A DNA stretch of 64,000 nt, taken from the NCBI GenBank assembly GCA_964106915.2, contig OZ066915.1. One strand, written 5' to 3'. Both the position numbers and the translations under genes were made by a program. This document shows, one piece after another, positions 1 to 9,089 of this stretch (its first letter is position 1; each line of letters begins with the position of its first letter). Under the pieces are notes generated by a model. The model had not been told where the DNA came from. It did no database searches and was given only the letters and a program-made list of their open reading frames with translations. The DNA is from Podarcis gaigeae. Lineage: Eukaryota.

Positions 1-19
1 TGTTCAACTAGTACAAAAT

Positions 20-650
20 CAGTGTTACATGCTCCAGCTGCCCTATCCTCATCAACATGTGGGTTCTGCCCAAGTTAAAGTTTCCCAGCTGTATTCAGTT
101 TAACCTGTATGTCACTAGTGCGTGGATCACTAGGGTAGCAGCCTCAGCTAACAAGTCACTCCTAGCAGTGCCTCTAGCTGTGCTTCCACAGACAGAACCC
201 TGTGAAGACCCCTAAGATGTGAATTTCGTCCTTCAGGGGAAGTGCAATCCTGTCCAAGGCTACTTGTAAACCTCCCCCCAGATTTACCAGTTTCCTCACC
301 CACAGTACCTCCATCTTGTCTAGATTAAGCTTCAAGTTTCTTCTCATTCATCCCCAAGCCACCACTTGAGGAGTGGCTGAAGAGTTTCACAACCTACTGG
401 GGCAAGCAGTTGGAAGTGAGAGGAAGAGCAGCGTGCCACCTGCATATCGGTGGCCCCTCACCTCAAGCCTCCAAGTGATCTCTTGCAGAAGTTTTGGGTA
501 GGTTTTTTTTTTTTTTTAAAAAAACACACAACAACATGGCAGACAGAATGGAACCTCGTAAGCCAAAGGCCGTTTGGCTGGAACAGAGGTCCCCCAGCAT
601 CATCTTCTGGGTTGACTCTTCAGGAAGTTCTCCTATAACACTGTGCCCCC
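20..650 (-). mobile_element. Decayed L2-clade LINE, RT-region fragment
   Basis: The minus strand of ~298-337 reads LKLNLDKMEVLWV (L2 consensus LKLNPDKTEVL). At ~430-452 it reads HRYAGGTLL, a decayed HQYADDTQL. Boundaries approximate. Confidence 0.6.
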
Positions 651-1129
651 AACCCTGAAAATATCACTTAGAGGAATTCCGGTGCTTCCCCAAGCATTCT
701 GGTATCAATATTTCCTTGCTGTGTGAGTGTGATCCCTGCCCCCTTGTCAACCAGTGCTTCCATTGTGACTGAGATCCCTTAAACTGCAGTTTCATTGCTA
801 CTGTAAACATCTGTTGAACAGTGCCCAGACATCTCCATGATAAATGGTACCTACTCTCCTGGCTCCATTTTGTGACATTCTAAAACTAGATTGATTGATT
901 GTTTCATTGATGTAGAGGTTAAGAATTCTGCTATTGTGGCAAATACAGGGAGTGGGGGGACGACAACACCAGCAAGGCCAAATTATTATTCTGCAGCAGC
1001 CCTCTTACCTCACAGCAAGGCTACCGGTTACCCCCCCCCCACTCCCCTTCATTACAGGGATGGGATAAAGCACTTACACTGATCTGAGTGGGTATAGCCT
1101 TGGAGGGAAAGTTTCTGTTTGCCAGAAAT

Positions 1130-1535
1130 GTATTTATTTATTTTTATTTTATATCCCTCCTTTATCCCAGAGCAGGACCCAGTGCAGTTCACAGCATGTA
1201 TTAAAACAATTTAATTAAATGACTATGCCTATACCTATTGAAAGCAGCCCTATTAAAAGCAACACTTAAAACTATTAAATAGCAGAACGACAAAAGAGAA
1301 AAAGAAAATGTACACCACCACTCTCAGAAGACCTGTTTGTGGACAAAGGCCTGTCTGGACAAAAGATATATTTGCCTGTCTGGCGAAAGGAAGGTGGAGA
1401 GACAGCTAGGCTGGGCTGGTGTCACTATCAGGGAGTAGCCACTGAGAAGGCCCCCTCTTGTGACCTCACCAAATGTGTCTGTAAGAGGTGGAGGAACCCA
1501 TAGAAAAGCCTTCCCAGAGGATCTCAAAGCCCCCG
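1130..1535 (-). mobile_element. L2-clade LINE 3' end
   Basis: (TTTA)n tail at ~1130-1150. The minus ORF RSSGKAFLWVPPP resembles the L2 ORF2 C-terminus (LRSSGEALLxVPP). Confidence 0.6.
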
Positions 1536-2173
1536 TAGGATCTTTCTTCTTCTTTTAATATGCCTAAGTTATTTTGTTTTGCTGGAGGAACTGGTGGCAT
1601 GCTGAGTCAGAGGGATGTGCTTGGGCTCTCTTGTCCTTTTAGTGTTTTACAAGGTATAAGAGCAAGGCACCCAAGAGATTATGACATACATTTTTTATTT
1701 ATGCATTTAAAAATGCAAACTGCACCTTTTAACCTATAAACAAGCAAGGTTCTCAAGGGTGGTTACAACCATTAAAACACAATAAAGGTAATTTTAAAAC
1801 ATAATAAAATATACTGCGTAGCTAAAAAAACACACACCCTAGAACTTCCATTCTTCACAGCAGCCAAGCACTTTACATCCCAAAGGCCTATGAATATAAA
1901 ATAATATATATTAAATATACAAGTATAAATTAAACATCCAATAAATATTCAATTAAAAACTTTGCTTCTGTTCATGTTGGACCTGAGTCTAAGGGATCTC
2001 ATTATGGCTGCATAAAAACCCGAGGCTCTAAATATGCTGAACTTGGGAGATGTATAGTTTTAGAATTAGGCAAATTTATAAGGGAGGGAGGCTGAGTTAC
2101 AGGCGGTCATGGAGAAACATAAATGCTAGGCAGGGAGAGAGCAGATGTAAAATCAAAGCAGATGTCAAGCCCT

Positions 2174-2174
<1 letters not shown>

Positions 2175-2208
<34 letters not shown>
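2175..2208. repeat. (TG)n microsatellite
   Basis: Direct reading. Confidence 0.95.
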
Positions 2209-2211
<3 letters not shown>

Positions 2212-2228
2212 TGCACGTGTACATACGC

Positions 2229-2436
2229 CAGTGGTGCCCAAACTTTTTTCGAGGAGGGCCAGATTTGATGAAGTGAAGGGCCGTGAGGGCCAACCAAAGT
2301 TGTTGCACTTTTTAAAGAAATTGTTGAGCTTTTTTTTTTTAGAGTTGAAGTTGTTTAGGGTGTTTTTGAGGATTTTACCCCATAAACTGCCGAAGGGGCC
2401 GGATTAGGCCCCCAAAACGGACTTTGGACATGTCTG
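2229..2436 (-). mobile_element. Complete ~208-bp hAT MITE forming the left arm of the composite element
   Basis: Its own termini are CAGTGGTGCCCAAACT and ACTTTGGACATGTCTG (rc CAGACATGTCCAAAGT). The inner flank TGGTAGAG (2437-2444) also fits nnnTAnnn. Confidence 0.75.
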
Positions 2437-2586
2437 TGGTAGAGCCTTTGGCCAACAAGGGAATCAAAGGTGTGCTAAAGGTGGGAAAGGAGATTGCAGA
2501 GGAGCTGAACGGATTATTTGCATCTGTCTTCAGAGCACAAGACTCGCAAGTAACATAAAATTAATAAGGTGAAACAGGAGAGATGT

Positions 2587-3390
2587 GAGCCGGGAAGGGT
2601 GACGGAAGTGCTGGCCGGGCGGCGACTCACCTCACAGGCAGTGCGCCATCCCTTTGGCTCAGGCGAGGCGGCGGCTGCTGCTGCTCGGTGACCTCCTCGC
2701 CCGTCTCCTCGTGAGGGAAACGCGGCGTCGGGGCGCCTCCGGTGGAGCAAGGCCGCTGGCCTTTGCCTTCCCCTCCGCCTTCCTCCTTTTCGCCGCGCCG
2801 CCTGCGCCTCCGCTGCCTCCCGCTCTCGGCGGGCCCTCCCGGGCGTCGGGCTCCGAGGGCGAAGGCGCCCCTCCTCAGCCCCACTCCACCACGCCCATCT
2901 GCAGCAGGGGCCCCGCCGCCGCGCTCCCGCCAGCCGCCCTGGCCGCTTCGCCCGCCTCCTCCTCAGGCTCGAAGCCCAGGTTGTCCCGGCTCCAGGCCTG
3001 CCTCGAGCAAGGTGAGAGAGGCAGCGACGGTGAGCAAGACGAAGGAGGAGGAGAAGGAGAAGAAGCGCCTACGACGACGACTCCGCCGCCGATGCCCGGC
3101 GGGTCCCGCAGCCGCCCCAGCTCCAGGCCGCCAGGAGGGCAAAGTCCCACCATGGCCCCCCGACCCTGGACAAAGGCCGCCTCCGCCTCAGAAATTTTCT
3201 CTCAGGCTGGCCGAGTAACGGCGCGGGAAGGGAGCGCCTTCGCTTTTTCCACTGCCCGCCTTCCAGCCCCCCATCCCCGCCCACAGCGCGCCACCTCGCA
3301 GGGGGAAGCAGGCTGGCGGCTACACGGGCCACATGACGAGGTCTGGCGGGCCGGATTCGGCCCGCGGGCCTTATGTTTGACACCCGTGAC
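2587..3390. promoter_or_regulatory. Imported CpG-island-like segment
   Basis: An abrupt, very GC- and CpG-dense block in an otherwise CpG-poor intron. GC box CCCCGCCC at ~3275-3282, upstream of the PKD2-like ATG. Activity is not shown by sequence. Confidence 0.6.
2631..3153 (-). pseudogene. PKD2: Duplicated, disabled copy of PKD2 (polycystin-2) exon 1 with its splice donor
   Basis: The frame from ATG 3153 reads ...[17 protein letters not shown]...SPSPPPSSC...[18 protein letters not shown]...MGVVEWG*...RLA*AKGMAHCL*G|gtgagt. Human PKD2 exon 1 as I recall it: [24 protein letters not shown]...[26 protein letters not shown]...MDVEW...RVAWAERLVRGLRG|. Length is 523 nt (phase 1), followed by the donor GTGAGT at 2630-2625. 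In-frame TGA at 2877-2875, 2661-2659 and 2634-2632. The middle (SGRQRRRRRR...QRPC) fits better in a shifted frame. Confidence 0.85.
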
Positions 3391-3488
3391 ATACGCACAC
3401 ACTGGTATTTTACTGGGCCTTGAGTACATTTACAGGGCCCCATAAATCATATACACAAGGCCCTTTTATGAGCACTGCACACCTACAT

Positions 3489-3521
3489 TGTGTGTGTGTG
3501 TGTGTGTGTGTCTGTGTGTGT
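3489..3521. repeat. (TG)n microsatellite, interrupted
   Basis: Direct reading. Confidence 0.9.
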
Positions 3522-6124
3522 ATTAGCATTAGCCAGGCACAGAAAGGGAAATAGCACTGGATCTTAGAAATCCAGAAAGGTTGGTGGAGGGGCGAGCCTC
3601 TCTCTCTCCAAGCAGCACCGACATTTATCTTTCCTGCAGCAGTGTTTAAAGTGAAAAGGGAGTATCAGGAGAGTTTGATAGGATCCAATTAAATTCTAGC
3701 AGATAAAATAATGATGAATTGCAGTTGAGCCCCGGCGAGACATGATGCGCATTACTGCCCTCCCTATAGTGCTGGGAAGGCATTGAGGTCATCAACTATA
3801 GAAAAATAGGACACAGTTGCAACTGTACTATTCGTGCAGAAAACAGCCTAGGGAAATGAAGTTGGAAGCTGATTGTGTGAGTATATACGTTCAAGGTGGA
3901 TGTTCCCACTGTAACATGGTTGTTTATGAGTCTATGAGATTAGCGGACAGGCCGTATTCCTTGTTGAGAGCCTTTCTCTTTAGCCATTGCACACACTCTG
4001 GATATGGGACTGACCAAAAATAAACAAAAATATTAGATACATAAGCTTCTTACTGTGATGGAGAGCATTTTTACAGGTTTGTACTTCTCTGAATGAATGA
4101 AATAAAAGTTCAGAATAGGTCCACTAAGCAAGCGTTGATAAAATTATCCATTGAATTGCTGAGATTGCTTACCTTTTTCAAACCCCTCCTTGGTGCAGCT
4201 GGGTGCGTGTTTAACGTAAACTAGTCTTGCTAGAGTTCCCCTATTAGAATAAATAAGTAAAATACATTGAAGGGACTATTGTTAGTCAGGAATAGCATGC
4301 ATTACTTAAGAGTGTGAGAATCGGGAATGAGTAAAAACATTTCATTTCTTTCATCTTTGGGGTGGACTGAAACTTTCTCTAGCCTGTTTCCAAAACCATC
4401 CATCTGAGTGTTTTGTTTCAAGTGCTTTTGATACTTTGGTGGAACATGGTAAAGAGAAAACTCATCAGAAAACAATCTGAAAAACTCCAAATACAGTATC
4501 CTGGGGGGATATAGGCAAATCCCTTCATTTGAGTTTAAATCTGGACTGATTTGGAGCCTTGTGGAGACAACACTGTAAAAGTGTAGCATCTTTCAAGGAA
4601 TTCACTAAGGTGTTCATGAGGTGTTTATTCCATACTACAGACATTTGGAGGGTGGGATGCCTAGTATAAAGATCTTGGGCATCTTAGCTTTCACATTGAA
4701 GAAACAGGGCCTAGCCTGCCTAATAATAAAGATGCTGAAAACGTGTATGCCATGAGCATCTTATTTTTCCTCCCCCTGTTACGTTCCTCTGTAGTGGATC
4801 TTTTGCACTGGATTCTGATGCTCTTCCTCCTTTCCTTCCTCTGCCTGTGTTTCCATATCTATACTATGTCTCTGGGTGTCCTTCTGCATCCATCTGTTTG
4901 CTTGCTTATCATGCTGTGTGCCCATCTGTGTAAGTTTCTATCCACCTGCATATGTGTGTTCCTCTGATTTCTAAAGACAGATCATTTGTTTTGAATATTT
5001 GGTGTAGACTTTGGAAACAAGGAGCATTGGTGGTAGACTTGCAACAGGTGATGGATTTCTCAGTCAAGAACGGAGACAACATTATGTCAAAGGATGGAAG
5101 CAGGCAGGCAGCTAGTATCCACTTTGGCCCACTCATAATTAAGGACAGCCAGGATAGGCTAAGAAGTTGGTAGGGACATTAAATAATGTTTATGATGTGC
5201 CTGAGTCCTTGGGTTCATTGAATTTTGATGCCACATAAAGTCCTTTCTGCCGCTAAGTGAAATTGTCAGAGTGCCACCCATGTTTTGTCAGCCTCTTACT
5301 GTGTATAGCCACATGGGAAGTCTGCATGACTACATGGTTTAGGCATGTTATAGCCTCTGTGTAGATTGCTGCTTGTGGAGATACTTTTATGCTCTACTGT
5401 TGAGATATGGAAGACAAAATTTGGACCTTGATGAAGGGTGGGGTGGGGAGACAGAGCTGCATAAGGCAGCTCAGTTTTTATGGACTCTCTCATCCTGTGT
5501 TGGATCCCGCCTTCTGACCAGTGTGAGCCAATGCCATGTTTCACAGGGAAGAAGAGTTTTGACACGCACCGGGGTGTGAAGAATGCTAGACATTCCCAGG
5601 GCGGGAGCAGAGGAAGCTGGGCCATCTCAGGTATAAAGCGTTGCTTGGGATCTCCTATCTTTCTTTCAGACATCCTAACCTTTATCCGAGAGAGCTGAAT
5701 AACAGATAGGAACCACATGCTAGCTTCACTCAGAGAAAATAGAGGGGCAGGAGACAGACTTTTCTACACAAAGGTTTCCAAACAGACCAAGCTGTGAAGC
5801 CATTGCTGAAAGTTGGCTTGTGAACCCTAGCTTGTTTGGAAGCCATTTACCATAGTTTCCTGGCTTGCATGAAACAGGAAATGAAGGTGCTTCCTGGCTT
5901 GTTTCCGCACATGGGTGAAAGGACAACCAATGCAGGGTCCATACGGGGTGCGTTCAGGTTCATGGAACTCATGCATATCCTCACTTGCTAAACCAGGATC
6001 TGAATGTCCAAATATGGCCATTGATTAATTTTAATCTTACTGTATTGTATTAATATGTTGCCAGCTTTCTGGAGGTTGCTTTTAAAGTTTGTAAACCACC
6101 ATAAAATCTTGAATGAAGATCAGC

Positions 6125-6360
6125 GGGACCAGAGTTCAGTGGTAGAGCAGCTGTTTTGTACACAGAAGGACCCACGTTTAGTTTTTGGCATCTCCAGTTA
6201 ATATAGAACCATTTAATCCATTTAGTCCACTTTGATCTACTCTTACTAGCAGCAGCTCTCCAAAGCCTCAAGCAGGGATCTTCCACGTAATCTGCTAGTA
6301 AATCAGAGATGCCAAGGGACTGAATCTTCTCTCATTTGCATGCAAAAGATATGCTTTACG
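6125..6360. mobile_element. Two decayed tRNA-derived SINE fragments in opposite orientation
   Basis: Plus-strand tRNA-like head (AGTTCAGTGGTAGAGC...CAGAAGG...GGCATCTCCAG) at ~6125-6200. A similar reverse-complement copy lies at ~6235-6360. Confidence 0.45.
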
Positions 6361-7827
6361 TGCCCTAAATTTGGTCCTGTCCCAAATTGCACACTTTTGG
6401 CCATTTCAGCAATTTAATGAAGAGAAAAACAATGCCAAGAAAGTTATTTGATATTACCCCCCCCCCCGTTTAATTAATTTTAGCAGATGAAAATAAGAGA
6501 AGCCACTACTATATGATTACCCAGCCTTCTTCAAGCCGCTTCTTAGAAACCCATTTTATATAAAATAATTGCACTGAAGGTGGCTTGTCCTGCTTTTACA
6601 GCTGATTCTTTCAGTTGAGGCAAAATGGCCTGTTGTGAGCACACAGAGCAGAAATCCATGCACATCTCGGTGTTCGTTGTGACAAAGGCCTCTCACTTTG
6701 CGTACCGCTCACTTTGCGTATATTGTTATTGTTGTTGCAACTCCCTCGTGTGTAAAATGAGGATTATAAAATAGATTTGCTTCTCACATTCTCCAATGAA
6801 GGCTGCGAGAGGGCAGGTGGGAGTGTTGATTAGTTACTGTGTAAATTTCTGTGGTGCGTAATTGCAGAGTGTTGTAATCTAAATATATGTATTACGGAAA
6901 GTAAAAACAAATCCTGTTTGAGCTTTCAAGGCATGCACAGGATCCATCTGGGTATCTGTCAACAACAAATAAATACAGCTTAAATGAAAATAATTGGAGT
7001 GCGGCCAAGTCTTGAGGTCAGGGATCTGTAGCAATCACGACTGGCAAATCAGCAAGACAAGTGCAGGAGCTTTTGTTGTAGGAGAATGGCACAGAGCGTC
7101 AAATTCAGGCTAGTCTGGTTAAATGCTCTTCTTCTTGGTGCTTTCCAAAGATGCACTCATCTATGAATACAATACCTCTCTACCCCCACCCCGCCCCCTT
7201 AAGGCACTTGCCACCAGATGCAATTTATGAGTGTTTGGATTATTCATATCTTCCAGTTGATTCCCTTTAGATCCTGATTTTGATAATCTGCTTAGTAAAT
7301 TCTTCAAGAAGAAACAGGGCAGAAGACTGACACTTGGGTTGGACCGCCAAGCGGGGAAGCTTGATAGTGTATATGTACCAACAGTTCAACTATTAGGTCT
7401 GAAGTAACAAGTAGTACTGTTAACTTGAGAAAAACCAGCATTAGTCATTTTCACTCAGATGTGTAGATATTCATTCTCATTAGTTAATGGTGATTTATTG
7501 ACAGCCGTTTCCACTAGAAACTAGATTTGTTTGTGGGGCTGGTCGTATATGTATTGGGGTGACTGTCCCCCAAAGTCAAGAAAATTGGGTAGCCAACATG
7601 GTACCCTCCAGTTGTTTGTGAATTACAATTCCCATCGTCCCTACCACTGGCCTTAATTGTTGGGGCTAATGAGAATTGTCATTGAACACCTCAATGGCTT
7701 CTACTCCTGTTATGTCTTGCTATTCCAGAGATCCAGTTACAGATAGGTAGCCGTGTTGGTCTGCCATAGTTAAAACAAAAAAAATTCCTTCCAGTAGCAC
7801 CTTAAAGACCAACTAAGTCAGTTCTTG

Positions 7828-7865
7828 GTATGAGCTTTCGTGTGCATGCACACTTCTTTAGATAC
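7828..7865 (-). ncRNA. Type I hammerhead ribozyme motif with G5A core substitution
   Basis: Minus strand GUAU-CUAAAGA-A-GUGUGCAUGCACAC-GAAA-GC-UC-AUAC. Identical to the 8483-8520 copy except at 7859. Confidence 0.75.
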
Positions 7866-8482
7866 ACTGAAACAGAAGTTTCCAGACCCTTCTATATAGT
7901 GAGAAGGTGGGGAGGGGTATTACTCAGAAGGGTGGTGGGAATGGGTGATTGGCAGATAGCTGTGATGAGCCTGTTGACAACTCTTAACGACTGCAATAGG
8001 TCTTACAGGAAAAAGCAAGGGGTGAAAAGGTGAAAAATGACTTTGTCATGTATAATGAGATAAGAATCCAAGGTCTTTGTTCAGACCAGGTTTCTCCATG
8101 GTTTTAAGTTTAAATCGGACATCAGGAATCACAAGACAGAGAAACCAGTAGGAGAACACTTCAATCTCCCAGGACATTCTATACAAGATCTCAAAGTAGC
8201 TGTTTTACTACAAAGGAATTTCAGAAATTTATCACCAAACTTAAAACCATGGAGAAACCTGGTCTGAACAAAGACCTTGGATTCTTATCTCATTATACAT
8301 GACAAAGCCATTTTTCACCTTTTCACCCCTTGCTTTTTCCTGTAAGACCTATTGCAGTCGTTAAGAGTCGTCAACAGGCTCATCACAGCTATCTGCCAAT
8401 CACCCATTCCCACCACCCTTCTGAGTAATACCCCTCCCCACCTTCTCACTATATAGAAGGGTCTGGAAACTTCTGTTTCAGT

Positions 8483-8520
8483 GTATCTGAAGAAGTGTGC
8501 ATGCACACGAAAGCTCATAC
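8483..8520 (+). ncRNA. Minimal type I hammerhead ribozyme motif (PLE-type), intact core
   Basis: GUAU (stem I), CUGAAGA, A, GUGUGC-AU-GCACAC (stem II), GAAA, GC, UC, AUAC (stem I). Stem III is the palindrome AGCU. Predicted cleavage is 3' of C8516. Confidence 0.82.
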
Positions 8521-8863
8521 CAAGAACTGACTTAGTTGGTCTTTAAGGTGCTACTGGAAGGAATTTTTTTTGTTTTATTCCAGAGATGTTATTTTGTCTA
8601 TGTATAGTGTGGCACGGCAGAAATTTGAAAGGCCAATCCAGGTAGCACTTTGTCATAACTATTAACTCAACCAATAAAATATCTTTAGAAATGTGTATTT
8701 ATAAACATTCAGATGGCATCATGCTACTACTAAGACAACAAATCAGCAAGCATTAATTCTATTTTTATAGCCAGCCTTACCTCATTTTATGTTTATTTGG
8801 AAATAAGCTGCTTTGATGTTGGTGAGAGTAACTTGCAAATAAATGCACCAGACCCTTGTTATA

Positions 8864-9089
8864 CAGTGGTACCTCGGGTTACATATGCTTCGGGTTACAG
8901 ACTCCGCTAACACAGAAATAGTACCTCGGATTAAGAACTTTGCTTCAGGATGAAAACAGAAATTGTGCTCTGGGGGCGTGGCAGCAGCAGGAGGCCCCAT
9001 TAGCTAAAGTGGTGCTTCAGGTTAACAACAGTTTCAGGTTAAGAACAGGCCTCCAGAACGAATTAAGTACTTAACCCGAGGTACCACTG
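8864..9089. mobile_element. Tc1/mariner (Tigger/pogo-like) MITE
   Basis: 18-bp TIR CAGTGGTACCTCGGGTTA / TAACCCGAGGTACCACTG, TA flanks, internal (TTCAGGTTA) repeats. Confidence 0.9.

Larger units (their letters stand above)
2229..3388 (-). mobile_element. Composite non-autonomous hAT (Charlie/Buster-type) element carrying a captured host-gene fragment
   Basis: Identical 8-bp flanks ACATACGC at 2221-2228 and 3389-3396 (nnnTAnnn pattern). Left end CAGTGGTGCCCAAACT. Right end, reverse-complemented, CACGGGTGTCAAACATAAGGCCCGCGGGCCGAATCCGGCCCG, with the GGCCC subterminal repeats typical of Charlie-like hATs. No transposase ORF. Confidence 0.88.
7733..8575. mobile_element. Penelope-like retroelement (PLE) 3' fragment with inverted pseudo-LTR duplication
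   Basis: 12-bp TSD TATTCCAGAGAT (7721-7732, 8576-8587). Inverted arms at 7771-8111 and 8237-8577 (341 bp, 3 mismatches by manual comparison). Plus strand 8112-8302 encodes KSDIRNHKTEKPVGEHFNLPGHSIQDLKVAVLLQRNFRN / ITKLKTMEKPGLNKDLGFLSHYT*, a GIY-YIG endonuclease C-terminus with a frameshifting deletion. Confidence 0.9.

Noticed and set aside
2631-3153. Functional PKD2 gene nested in PLXNA1
   Set aside because: Three in-frame stops, probable compensating frameshifts, no further PKD2 exon recognised in 1-2630, and enclosure by transposon ends and a TSD.
2654-3445. 263-aa and 158-aa plus-strand ORFs in the GC-rich block
   Set aside because: They are antisense shadows of the GC-rich PKD2 exon: non-ATG starts, low complexity, and the longer one runs through the transposon end.
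7830-8518. Two identical 67-aa ORFs (7830-8033 +, 8315-8518 -)
   Set aside because: By-products of the inverted repeat; both are antisense to the PLE and show no coding hallmarks.
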